Source: Hydrolagus colliei (taxonomy: Eukaryota). From it: a DNA stretch of 64,000 nucleotides. A model generated the notes under the pieces. The model was not told the DNA's origin and did no database searches. It was given only the letters and a program-made list of their open reading frames with translations. This document shows, in pieces, positions 23,336-36,000 of this stretch; the stretch's first letter is position 1; each line of letters opens with the position of its first letter. The position numbers and the translations under genes were made by a program. The stretch spans positions 9,548,001 through 9,612,000 of the forward strand of contig CM068755.1 in the NCBI GenBank assembly GCA_035084275.1, read 5' to 3'.

Positions 23336-24688
23336 ATGTTCAGTTTGGATCGCAGCCCATCCGAAAGGCTAAATAAAACATTTTATTCCAAAGTTTTGAC
23401 TCCTGATCGCATCCCCGAGTTCTTCATCCCACCCAAATTTGCTTCACACCAAGTCATTCGCTTCGATGGCCACAGGTCAACTTCAGATATTGGGCTGTCA
23501 TTGTCTGGCGGCCACATCCACAGGAAGCCTCACTCCCAGAACAAATCCCAACTGGTTGGAAAACAGTGTGAGCTGTACAAGGAAGCCGGGTCACACCACC
23601 TCATCATCCAGGTCGAAAACGTAGACGAATCAGCCTCGGAGTTCAGTTACAGCGACGAAGAGAACACCAATGCGGACCCTTTCTCTCAAGCTGCCCTCTC
23701 ACTGACGCATCTGCCCAAAGCTCAAACCTCCTACGGTTTCTGCACGTTACTGGAGAGTCCCCACACCAGGCGCAAGGAGTCGCTTTTCCACAGCGACCCC
23801 GTGAACAAGCCGAGCGCCATCTCCATCCTCTCCAGGGGACGAGCCAACACTTACACGAACGGGGTGACGGCCGCCATCAAGCTCAACAACTCGTTGGCTG
23901 TCAGAATCTCTCGCCCGGAGGTCAAGGCGCGATTCGGATCCAACACCCTGGGACTTCAAAGGAAAAGCACCCTGGACAGTGACACCGCTTCGTCCACCGA
24001 GTCCTCGCCGTTCAGCTCGCCCCGCCTGGCCAGGTCATCGGCCAGGTCCACCTTCTTCAAAGTCCTCGGCCAAGAGAAGGTATTCGGCAGGACTTTCAAA
24101 CACGGGGCCAGGTCTGCGCCGATCGGGAACCACTCACTCTCCACCGACGAAGGCAGTTCCACGGACAACAGTCCCAGCGTCACTCGAAGGTCTTCGGAAG
24201 AAGTGTTTGGCTTCCCATCGGCTCCTCTACCCAACCGCCTCCTGCCTCCCGCCGTGTCCCACCCGGACCTCATGTGCTGCCGGGACACACGGGCCAAGGA
24301 GACCTCGGTGGCGTTGGGCAAAAACGGTCTGTGCAGGTTGTCGGCAGAGTATTGCCGAGAGAACGAGAGGGTACGAGTCCGACTGATCAGCATCGAGGGA
24401 CTGTATGTGAAGTCGGTCGACCCCCACACCATCAACTGCGGCGTGACTATTTGCCTGTTGCCGGGGAAAGCCCAAAAGCAGAGGAGCACCGCCATCCGCA
24501 AGAGCAGGAACCCGATCTTCAACGAGGACTTTTTCTTCGACGGGGTTCCCGAGGAGGAACTTTTCAATCGATTTTTGAAAGTGAAAGCCGTCAACAAAAT
24601 GTCCAGCATGAAAAGGGACCGTGTGTTGGGAGAGTGCGAGCTGCGCATAGGAACACTTCTGACCGTTGTGAATGACTTATTAATATGA
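23336..24688 (+). CDS. C2CD4A: C2 calcium-dependent domain-containing protein 4 (C2CD4A/B co-orthologue), 450 aa, single coding exon
   Basis: Family motifs VLTPDRIPEFFIPPK, TNADPxSQAALSLxHLPKAQTSYGFCTLLESPHTRRKESLFH and DSDTASSxESSPFSSP. C-terminal C2 domain (PGKxQKQRS...SRNPIFNEDFFFDG). In-frame upstream TGA at 23300-23302. Adjacent to VPS13C. A versus B cannot be resolved. Confidence 0.93.
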   Translation: MFSLDRSPSERLNKTFYSKVLTPDRIPEFFIPPKFASHQVIRFDGHRSTSDIGLSLSGGHIHRKPHSQNKSQLVGKQCELYKEAGSHHLIIQVENVDESASEFSYSDEENTNADPFSQAALSLTHLPKAQTSYGFCTLLESPHTRRKESLFHSDPVNKPSAISILSRGRANTYTNGVTAAIKLNNSLAVRISRPEVKARFGSNTLGLQRKSTLDSDTASSTESSPFSSPRLARSSARSTFFKVLGQEKVFGRTFKHGARSAPIGNHSLSTDEGSSTDNSPSVTRRSSEEVFGFPSAPLPNRLLPPAVSHPDLMCCRDTRAKETSVALGKNGLCRLSAEYCRENERVRVRLISIEGLYVKSVDPHTINCGVTICLLPGKAQKQRSTAIRKSRNPIFNEDFFFDGVPEEELFNRFLKVKAVNKMSSMKRDRVLGECELRIGTLLTVVNDLLI

Positions 24689-24749
24689 CGCGTTGTTATG
24701 ATTATTTAAATCCGTATGTCACTTTTTTTAATATATAAAACTTGCTTTC

Positions 24750-24755
24750 AATAAA
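24750..24755 (+). terminator. Candidate polyadenylation signal AATAAA for C2CD4
   Basis: About 60 nt after the stop codon, followed by a T/GT-rich tract (tttttgttttg). Confidence 0.5.
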
Positions 24756-25842
24756 GGTCCTGATATTTTTGTTTTGCACAAGAACGGAGTCCACTGTGAT
24801 TTGCACTGCGCGGAGTACTCGGGCCCCAAGAAAAATACAGTACTGTACTGTATACGAGGAAATAATGTCGCCTTAAAATTCAAACAGTGTTCTGTTCTCA
24901 CTGTCACACCAGTACTTTGCTTCAAATGCAACTGTTTTTCCCTTTGGTTCATGGCAGACTAGAGGTATGGGTGTTGGGCTCAGCGTGGGGGCAAACTTCA
25001 CAGGGTTCATTATCAGGCTGGAAATCATAGAGCACCCCAACTAACACCTGATCCAGGAAACATGCTCGGAAACATTAAAGGGGGATTGCTGCCAGCAATC
25101 ATCTGAAGATTATAGATGTTTAACGTGATTAACATGGATTTGGAATCATACCGCATTTAGATTGGTAAAATAGGAAGCAGTATGTGAAGCCAGGGACTTG
25201 GAGTAAAGACATCTTGTATTACACTTTGTTTACTTGATCAATATTCACTTCAAGGTTAAGGTTGTGTGTTGGGGGACATTTCTTTGGAAATCATCAGTCC
25301 AATACATTTTTGCTAATTTAGTACAAGTGGCAAATCCGCTGGGTTTATTTGACCAGATATGTCTGCTATTTCCATTAAACATAACTCATCTATTTCCAAT
25401 AAAAAGACGGAACTTATCGTGTGGGTTTGGTTGCCACATTACGCAACTGACACGAATGAGTTTCATCTTTGTAAACAAAGTGGAATCAATCAAAACGGTT
25501 ACAAACAAATAGTAATGATCTTTGCATTTGATACAGCGCAGTTCACATCTTCTAGATGTCTCCAAGCGCTTCACAAGAATATACTGTGAAGTAAATAAGA
25601 CTGTACATAGTATATTTGTCAATTCGCAACAATGTTCCTTCCAATGTGGCTTCAATTCGCCTCGAGTCGTTTTTTGCCAAGTGTGTTAGCCGGAGCAAAA
25701 AGCTGGGGAAATGTGACATTTATTTTGTAGAATATGCAAACAAATAGTATTTCATTCTCAAAGTGTGTGTTTGTGGCCACCTCCGCAACAACAGCGAACA
25801 CGGAACAGCATATGAACACTTCCAATCGTTTGCACAAAGGTC

Positions 25843-26160
25843 CTTTAACTCTAAGCGAGAGGCCTGGGTTCAATTCCAGGCAGGAGCGAAACCTTGGGCA
25901 AGTTTCCTTACCCCACACGCCTGCTAATAATCCCAAATAAAAAAATACATTGGTCATTTCAATCCATGACCATTTTGGTGCCTCCCGGACGTCCTCCCGA
26001 TGTGAAAATGTGACTTTGTTGTTGTTTGTGGGACACTGGCTGTGCGCTATTGGCTGCCGCGTTACGCCCACAGTATACAGTATATTCGGAGAAGCGCTTT
26101 GAGGCGTCCAGAAGACGTGAAAAGCACTACATCAAATGCAACGATCATGGTAATAATAAC
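25843..26160 (+). mobile_element. tRNA-derived SINE (5'-truncated) with a nested L2-type tail
   Basis: ctgggttcaattcc, accttgggcaagtttcctta, family tail. Extra segment at ~25971-26022. Confidence 0.85.
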
Positions 26161-26162
26161 AA

Positions 26163-26495
26163 CGCATTTGCATTTGATGCAGCCCTTTTCACGTCTTATC
26201 GACGCCTCAAAGCGCTTCACGGAATATATTGTAAATCTAATGTATTGTAAAGTGAATTGACTGTACGTTTGTGGGCGCACAGCAGCGTCCCCACAAACAG
26301 TGTCCCCACAAACAGTGGTGGATTGAAATGACCAATTTTTATTATTGTGTTTTTTTTTTGGGGGGGGGGGGGGTGGGGGGGGTGGGTAGGGTGGGGGTGG
26401 GGGGGTGACGTATTATTATTAGGCTTGTGGAGTAAGGAAACTTGTGCAAGGTTTCGCCCTGATAGCTGCCTGGATTCGAACACAGATCTCACGGT
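26163..26495 (-). mobile_element. tRNA-derived SINE, tail-to-tail with the previous copy, with an internal G-run expansion
   Basis: Reverse-complement tail, gtggagtaaggaaacttg and ggattcgaac (B box). Confidence 0.85.
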
Positions 26496-26499
26496 TTGT

Positions 26500-26818
26500 C
26501 AGGCGATTATTTATTACGAAGGAAGTGGTTTTAGTGCAGCGGCAGAATTACGTGTGTTGTGTGTGTGTGTGTGTGTTGTATGTATGTGTGTGTGTGTGTG
26601 TGTGTTGTATGTATGTGTGTGTGTGTATGTACAGTATTTATGTTTGTTCAGACACAAGTTCCACCAACAGACACTGGGGCTATTTGAGAGCAGATGTAAG
26701 AAGGCATCGCGCAAGCGCGTCTCCTGTGTTTTTTTTTACTCTGAGTCACAGCGGCGGCGGCTCCGGGAGGAGCAGAGACAGACACACACACACATACATA
26801 CACACACAGACAGACAAC
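26500..26818 (+). promoter_or_regulatory. VPS13C promoter/5' UTR
   Basis: ETS-like ggaagtg 26521, (TG)n 26552-26630, NRF1-like gcgcaagcgc 26709-26718, AP-1 tgagtca 26742-26748, (CA)n just before the ATG. Confidence 0.55.
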
Positions 26819-26918
26819 ATGGTGTTTGAGTCGGTGGTCGCTGATCTGCTGAACAGGTTTCTTGGGGATTATGTGGAGAACCTGGACAAGTCCCAACTCA
26901 AACTGGGGATTTGGGGAG
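26819..26918 (+). CDS. VPS13C: VPS13C exon 1 coding part (100 nt)
   Basis: [33 protein letters not shown]; gag|gtaagg. Confidence 0.96.
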
Positions 26919-27006
26919 GTAAGGGGAGGAGGTCTGATGTCGGAGACAGACGCGCACTGAAAAGGCCGGACTGAACGTGTTGTTTACTGGTGTCTGTGGG
27001 TACACC

Positions 27007-27046
<40 letters not shown>

Positions 27047-30000
27047 GCTGAGTGTCTGTGTGTCTCTCTGTGTGTGTGTGTGTGTCTGTTTCTATGTCTC
27101 TGTGAGTGTGCCTTTCTGCGTGTTTGGTGTGTCTGCCTGTCTGTGTGTGACTATCTCNNNNNNNNNNNNNNNNNNNNNNNNNNNNNNNNNNNNNNNNNNN
27201 NNNNNNNNNNNNNNNNNNNNNNNNNNNNNNNNNNNNNNNNNNNNNNNNNNNNNNNNNNNNNNNNNNNNNNNNNNNNNNNNNNNNNNNNNNNNNAGATTGG
27301 AACCTTGCCTTCCGGGTGTTAGTGGCTGTAACTGTCAATGTGTGTGGGTGGTGTGTGTGTGTGGGGGGGGGGGGGGGGGGGGAAGGAAATTAACGCCAGA
27401 TATACTGTATTGTGTGTTACTAAATTATTAAACTTCTCCTTTTTAATACTTTTTCTTCCACCATCGCTAAGCAAAGCAGTTTCTGTAGAAGACTGATCAG
27501 AGGAAGAAACAGGAATTCACAGGGCCCAGAGTGTGGAACTGTACACATTAAATGCTATTTTTTAATCTCTATTACAAATAAAACGTCATCCCCCCCACCC
27601 CCCTCCCATCTCCCTGTTTTTTTTTTGCTCATTTAGATGTTCTGAAGCATTTTTTTTAATTAAAAAAAACTATTATTGCGGATACTAAATATGTCGTAAT
27701 ATTGTGGTTGGTGAGGGGGAGGTTTGAAATGACATGTAAAAATCTGATAATATTGAAACCAGACTCCTCCATTTCTCTCACTTCCTCCCCCCTCACACAC
27801 ACACAGAAAAATGACGGAGTCAATTCTGGAACCCAAACTATTTCGAATATAAAGCGTGGGATGTAAAGCTGAATAAATTGAAGATGAGGTCTTTTTGTGA
27901 CATGAAGTTCAATTGTGGCTTTCTACATGTCTTGAGGTTTTCATGTGTGGTTGAAATATTGGCAAGAGCTGACTTCACACATTTTAAGTTGATAACATTA
28001 ATTGCATCATTGACAAGAATAATAGATGTGAGAGAATAGACGCATTAGGAGAGGCAAACTAAGTTTGGGCGTTTAGTTTATTGGAACAGAGGATATTAAG
28101 GTGTGTTGTGATAACAGGTACCATAAAGTAAATGATTAAAAACGAAGGTTTACTTTGGTTGTGAAATTGGTGATGGGAGGAGGGGAATTAGGCCAAGGAT
28201 TGTTCAAGGAATTCGGTCCTTTTTTCTGGATCTGAACTCATAATCTCGGTTTAAATTCTAGTTCAGTCTCTACGGAGAGCTTTGATGTTGGAGCTGGAAC
28301 TCCCTTCCTCACTACCTTCGCCTCGCCCCCTCTTCTTATTTTCAGGTCACAGCTAAAGACCTTTCTTTTTGACCGTACCTTTGGTCACCTTGTTCCCCCT
28401 CTCCCTGGCTCGGCCCGGGGCTATTGTGAACTGCCCTGAGAATCCGTCCGGCGTGGAGGGCTCTATATAAATCCACGTTGTTGTTGTTGTTGTTGCCATC
28501 ACTCAGGTCAGACATTGAATACTACTGTATTCAACAGTAAATGAAAAAGATCCCACAGCACTCTTTGAAAGTACTTTTCTCCTGATCAACGGTTATCATG
28601 AGGAATCCTTTGCTCTCCAGAAAGTATTTATTCATAATAATAAAACATTAACCCGCCCAACATTTCACGCTGCCTGGATTGGCCATGTTTTCTTCCTCAA
28701 TTTCTAGAGGGAGAGCGAACATTGAACATGAATTATCCTCTAGATTTCATTTCCCCTTTTTGAACAAATAGTGACAAGAAAGGAAGAGGCAGCTGCAAGA
28801 TAGTATTTGAGTTTGGGGGGAATATTTTCATATCGAAAATACACACAATTGCACCTGATGATCGAAAGAAAAAATAACATTTATTTTTTGGTTATACAGT
28901 ATATCTAAATATGATGAGCCATGGGAAATGATTTGCTCTTTTACATGTTTTATAACGGGAGAACATTTTTTAATGTGCCTTAATTTTCTATTTTGCTATA
29001 ATACTGAATGTTACCCTGTTCTAGGTAATGTGGTCCTGGACAACTTGCAAATCAAAGAAAATGCCCTTGTAAGTATCATAAATGTGCTGTATTATATTTA
29101 TGCTGAATTGTTTGACCAATATTCTATTTCTAATTAAAAAATTACAAATTCGCCCACAAAACATACTTTTGGATGTCCTCCTGACAAAAGTGCAATACCA
29201 AATTATTATATATTATAAAACCAACTTTGTGGAAGAAATAACGGTAAATCATGTCTATTTTTGTATCCTTGGCCTTCTCTATTGGAGCTCCAATTAGATT
29301 TGCCTCCAAATACAGTCTGATACCCCTCTTATCAGACTGTATTATCAGGAGTCTTGTAGCTTGCAGTGGTTAGAGTGCTCGCCTTACAAGGGTGAGACCT
29401 TATTTCAAATCCAGACAGGGTGAAACCTTGGGCAAGTTTCCTTACTCCATGTGCCTAATAATCCCTAAAAAATAAAAGTAATAAACTTGGTTATTTCAAA
29501 AATGCAAAATGTTAGGCAAGTTTCCTTACTCTACACAGCCTCTGCTTACCAAGCAGTAAGTGGGAACTCGATTGTTAGTTGATTGGCTGATCGCTTTTTC
29601 GGGAACAATAATTCCTTTAAAAAACAACAACAACTTCGATTTATATAGCGCTCTCCACGCTGGATGGCGTCTCAGAGCGCTTCAAAATGGTCACTTCAGT
29701 GCATGACTGTTTGTGTGCAATTGGCTGTCGCTTTTCGCCCACAAATATCCATTCAATTCACTGTACAGTATATTCTGTGAAGCACTTTGAGACATCTAGA
29801 AGATGTGAAAAGCACTATCTTAAATGCAAGGATTGTTATTATTATTACATGAAGCACTCTGAGATGGTTCAAAGTGATAAAATAGTATCATGAAATGCAC
29901 AGATTATTATTTATTTGTCAATTGGTATACCTATATGATGGGCCATTTGCCCAATTCTATCTCCAATGATGAATATTAATCCCTGGAAGAATTAGTTTGC

Positions 30001-33000
30001 CCCTGAATCAGAATTGGCCCTATCCAATTGTGACACCAACTGTTCACGAGTTCAGACCCTGCCAGATACATCAGCTAAAACTCAGAATGCTGCTGTGCTT
30101 TTTTTGCCTGTATGTGGAGGCAGAGATGTTGACGTATATATTTGTTTTGTTTGTGGGTTTAACCTTCTGACAAAGGAAAGCTTCCGATCTAGGATGTAAA
30201 TATACCCTGGGAAATGACATGCAAGGTATTTTTGAAAGACAAGTACCAAGCCATTGCTAGTGTCCACTCTCTGGTAGCTCAACAAACTTGTGAATTAGTT
30301 CTGTGCAGGTAAATGCTTCATATTGCATGTTGAATGCTACTTGTTATTGCCTTTCAAAAATACACTGGGGTAAAAGTATATCAATAGAACTACACTGTTA
30401 GGTTTCCCTGTTCACATCCCAGGGGTTCCAGAGTTCTACCAATAATATGTAAAGGCTCCACACTTCAATTAGCAAGGGCGAGCTCCCTCCTCTATCTGAA
30501 AAATTCTGAAGTGGTTTTCTTTTGGGTGGATGGCTCTCCTGTGTAAGTGAGAAACAGAGAAAATGATGAGCCATTCTTCAGCCTATCCGCTATCTAAAAG
30601 GACAAGCTGATTCCTTGCTCACTTACCAACAGCTGCAAAAGGTACAGTACTTCACAATAACTACACCATACTTTCCCAAATCGTTGAGAAATGCAGACTA
30701 GGTTCTGTAACACACTCTAATTGACGGATTCAGGAGTTGCCTGTCTCATTTATAGGTCGAATTGTAGCATAGCCCCGATAGCAGTATTGAGTCAGTTGAT
30801 CAGAGAGCTGTTCATTAACGTTCACTGTGTCAAAGAAAGATAGTAAGGATGAAATTTTCCCAATAAATACCATGCATTTGGAGTGTGAAAAACAGCCATC
30901 ATGATGACATAGTGCGAAGAAAGTGGCAGATTGTAAATTTAAACCCTTGTTGGGATGCCTAATCCAAATACAGGATGTCAATCAGTACTGTGTGGACTGC
31001 TGTTTGGAATATGTTATGTACACTTGGTGGTTGGCTAATACCTGATATCTACTTGATGATTGAGGTGGTACAGTCTCTTGTGGTTGTTCCTGGTATCATT
31101 GCAGTTGAGCTCTCGCAGCTATAGAAGTGCTGGAGAGCCCGACAACCTCACTTGTGAAATTCTGAGCCTGGACCTTTGGATGGATGGATTAAATGAACCA
31201 GGTGGACAGATTTTTCCCGCAATAGTTGCTCCGTTGCTACATTAATTTCTTTGAAATTAGTGCAATTCAAATGTGTTGTAAATGGTTCTGAGGAATGTAG
31301 CATTAACCTGTATTCTGGAGTTCTGTTTTTATACGCTTAATTATGTCCAGTGTGTTGAATGTAAAGATTGTAAGATAAATGTTTCTGCGTATTCTTTGTA
31401 TTTTTACATTACCTGTAGAGTACAGGATTTATTTTTCCTCTCTTTCTTGTCCCAAAAACAGAATGATCTGAACACTCCTTTCAAAGTTAAGGCTGGCCAG
31501 ATCGGTAAGCTTTGCAATCATTGTTCTGCAAATTTTGTGATCTTGATTTCCTTTCAGTCTCTTTTAGCAAGGTAGTTGGGGCCCTCAGGCTTAAACTTCC
31601 TTCATAGCTTCAGATAGAAATTATCTAATCTTTCTCTGGATACAAGCGCTAGATACTGTACTATGTTTGCTCCCATTTAACCTGTAGTAAATACATCCCT
31701 AACAAGCACAGTCTCGCATTTAAAATGTAGAACTGAGTTGTCTAAGTTTAACAATAGTCTTTTCAATGCAAAAGTGTACTAAAACCAGACACTTGAAATT
31801 GTGTTGGACTGTTAGATTAATGAAACCTTTTCAAAATGTGTGTAAATGCTGGGAACATTTAAATGTATCGAAATCCAAGGCCCGAAGTTCCACCTAGCCT
31901 TTGCCTGAAAAACTCTTTGTTCGTAAATATTTAAGATTGCACAGAATTAGGGAAAATTTAGATGCCTGTTCTTTTTGAGAACGGCAGAAAAGGTAGCATT
32001 GACGTTTCACAATACTGGACCATAGCATCAACAGGATAAGATTAGGTGGCAAACATTCAATGATTAAACTTATTCTTTTGAATTTATCTTTGTCTTACTT
32101 TTAACTTGCTATCACTTTCTTCTCATTTGTTTTTCACGCTTTGTGGTTTTCTAAAACTAATTGACTATTTGCGTAACCATACTTAAGATTAATTGCAAGC
32201 TGAACACTGCTGAGTTTAGCTTGCTTGTGATAGACTCAGCTGTTTCCTCTAACAGTTAATAGAGCACCTTTCCTGTAGGATGAAAATCTCACAGTGCTGA
32301 ATACGTGATAGGGAGAATTAAGAATATTGACCAAAAATCAATGGAGTGCCACAGGACAAGAGCATAGTGTTTCAGAAAGGTTAACGAAATGCAGTGTTCC
32401 ATTTGCAATGCAATGAGTAGACAGGATGTAATATTTGGCTATTAAATGCACCCATGGCCTTGTTTACTTGGCGTGGTTCAGACAACTTGAAAGTGTAATG
32501 GAAATTGCCCTGCAATGAAAGTAAAAACACTTGAAATGCTGTCATGTCAACAAGATTACTGAGATACAGTTGATAAATTGTTGGAAAAAAATGTCAGTGT
32601 CCAGTTATTGATCACATCAGCTTACTTTCAGGACTTGACTTGTGGAGGAGGCAATTTCTTTGAGGGATGCAAAGATTATTTTTTAATGTTAAAGGTGGTC
32701 AAATTAGTGGTATGGAAACATTATATACATATGTAGGAGGTGTGTCTTCTGCCCTATCCTCGTCATCATTGGTGGCTGAGCTTTCAGATTCTATGCCGCT
32801 AACCTGTGGAACTCCCTCCAACTTGCTCTCTTAAGCCTTCAAGGCTTGCCTTTCAACCTACTTCTTTCATCCACACTTGTGATCACCTCCCCATCATCTA
32901 TCTGCTATCTCCCTCACCACCATTAAATGCTGTGAGTCATTAACCTACTCAAAGGTACTATATCAATGCAACCTATTGTTTATAACTCTCTTCCATTATC

Positions 33001-36000
33001 CTTTTATATCTTTCTTGAACTGTTTATTTGGAGATTTTATAATGTGCAATATAACGATAAAGAGATTCACATAGGGAGTGAGATTCCAGTACATATTAGA
33101 GCTAGTAATTAATGAGCAGCACTGAGGTAAGTTACAATGGTCAGTTGTGTGTGTTGTGTGTTATGGGTGGAACTGCAATCTTTCCTCTATCAATCAGTCC
33201 TGGGATTATGAGAGAAGCTCAGGTGGGTAAAGGGAGGGAATCTGTTACTAAGGAGTACAAGTCGTATCTAAGGACCTGTTCATGACTGCAGGGCTTACTG
33301 TCAAAATAATACTTTTACTACATTAGAAACAGAAAGTAAGTTTACAAATCTGTTATTATAATTAAGATAAGTAAAACTAAATAATATTGAGGAGGTAGAA
33401 GTGTGAAAGTTAACTAAGAATGCTGATGTTTGGGGAGAGTTTTAAAGCATCGAAAGGAACTAGAAAGCTCTTAGGAAATAGTCGTGGGGCTTTCTCCTTG
33501 CAAAACGATGCACTTAAAACCACTGTCTTCTTGCCGCTAACATGTACGCTGTAAAGGGTGCAGTAATGAAGAGCGAAGGTTGTGAGAAGCTTGACTTCCT
33601 TTGGGCGTTTTAAGTCTTTCTAACTTTCACGAGAAATTTTAAACACTTAAAAATGTTTTGATTCACCCCACAGTTATGCGTAAGATTATGCAAATCACAT
33701 TGGGTGTTAATCTGCCTGAGAGGGAATAAATCAGGGCCAGTGTGTAAGAATTTCCGTGTGAGTGATCAAGTTGATTCTTATGTGGCCTAGTTTTCCAAAA
33801 GATTGATTTCAGTGTACAGTGTCTTGTGCCTTTTCATTGGCAAGCAAGCAGTGTTTTTTTTTGCATCTTTAACCAATTGAATAAGGTCATGGTATTCCGT
33901 TCAGAGCACAGATGGTTTCTCTTGTATTTTGAAACTATTAACTTTAGGATGGCCACACAAAGATAAACTCGAATAGGCAAATCTTTGTGACGAAGCTCTA
34001 TATAAATCTAATTTCGTGCAAAGAGGCAGGAAAGACATTTCAGAAGAGAAATATGCTGCGTCTTTACCACATAATTTATGTTAACTAACTGTTTAATCAA
34101 CATCAAAGTGTTTTTGAAAGCTAATTTCAAAGCATATTCAGTGATGTTTGCATTAGTTTCTATTTGAGCAACAATGTTTCCCACATCCTGAATGATCCTT
34201 TTAGTTGCTTTGGTCTTGTTTGCTTTATTCCTGAACTGTTTGTTCCAGGAAATTCTTAAAGTAAAGTAAAATTAATTAAGTTCCTGTTAAAAAATAGAAA
34301 TTGCCAAGATGTAACTGGTGCTGTGTTTTGGGTATGAATGTCATGGCTAACTGAATTACATCAACACAGAGGACACCATGTGCAGCGTAATGTATGAACT
34401 CAGTCCAAGTTTGCATCTCGTTTTGAATATTCCTGCACTACTGGTTTCAGTGTTGCTGTTGATTTGTGTTTGTGTGGTATTATGCAATAGAAAATCATCT
34501 TCCCCCTAAAAGTAAACGCCTAATCAAAATTAGTTCTGTTCTGGTTCCCCCTACTTTCCTCTCTTCTCCACCCCCTTTACTCCGAGGTAAGGTGCCTGTT
34601 GACCGACAGCTTCCCATAATTAAATGGATGACATTGACTTAACTGAGAATGGAAGTCTGTCCTTTGTCCCAATGTAGCGCTGACACATAGCTCTACTCTC
34701 ATTCCTTTTTATATAAGAATCGCACAGTAACACTTTATACAACCAATTCTGAGGAAAATGTCGCACATTTCAACTCTGCACTAATGTATTTTCTGTTGTA
34801 TTTTTGTTTAATTTTATGTTACCCGTTATCTTTGACTTTATAGATAAGCTTACTTTGAAGATCCCATGGAAGAATTTGTACAGTGAAGCAGTGGTAGCGA
34901 CATTGGATGGCTTGTATGTACTGGTGGTTCCAGAAGGAAGTAAGTGATTATGTGATCAAACGTTATTTAAAACAAATGTTATAAAGTGAAAATACTCACA
35001 AGCGAGAGGACATGGTTTCGGTTCACGGGCAGGGCGATACGTAAGGTAAGTTTCCTTACTCCATAAGCCCCTGTTTACCCAGCGATAAGTAGGAATCTGA
35101 TTGTTAGTCAACTGGCAGGTCTCGATTTAATGTTTCACAAGAAGGATGGCCACTTCAGCAATGCTTTGGGATGTCCCAACGACGTGGTAAATCACCAACG
35201 ATTATTGGTTGAGCATTGAGCTTTTGCTGGGGGTTTTTTTGTGTGTGTGTGTGTGTGAACCAGGTTCGTTTTTTTAATCTTGCATTATTTCACAAATGAA
35301 AAGTAACGGTAAGACTGTGATCAAATGTTTGCGGTTCGGATGACATGTTAAGTTGACGGAACAAAGAGCAGTTTATAAACGTCATCCAAAACACAAGATT
35401 AAATTGTGGCCTTGGAAGGACTGCCTGTTATTTGTTGATAATGTATGTTGCACATTTCAGTTTGTGTCCTTACGTTTTACTGTGAAAGCTCTGTGAGGTA
35501 AGAATGCTTGATTTTTGTCTTGGCAATCGGGAATATATATTTGAAATCTTGTACTTTTGTTATACAGTAATATAATAGATGTACACTTCTGTGATGATAC
35601 GTATCACTTCTGCTCTGAGCATGACCTTGGTTTGAATTGGACTCATCCTGACCAAATACATTTTATACTTCATTCTCTTGAATGTGTCACCGCTAACCCC
35701 TGCCTCACTCAGAGCAGTGAATAGTGCTATTCACAAGGTGTTGTCTAATAATTCTTCAATTTGGTATCTGTTTGCTTAGCTGAATAGAACACTGCTATTG
35801 TAAGCAGATTTAGGCTGTTTTTTTTGTTATGTTCATAATGACATTATTTGGGACATGGTTTACACTGCCAGTTCAGACACTCAGTGGTTTGAATATTACA
35901 TGAATATTATTCACCTGCATCATCTGATTTTTTACAAGAAGCCTTTTAAAATAAAATCTGCATTATTATCCTTATCTTGATGATGGTTTGGGGGTATGAA

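Noticed and set aside
23747-24675. 230-aa antisense ORF and other frames overlapping C2CD4
   Set aside because: Shadow ORFs expected from GC-rich codon usage, with no independent motifs.
26347-27431. ORFs extending upstream of or past VPS13C exon 1
   Set aside because: Microsatellite-derived. The conserved start is the ATG at 26819 and the exon ends at a strong donor.
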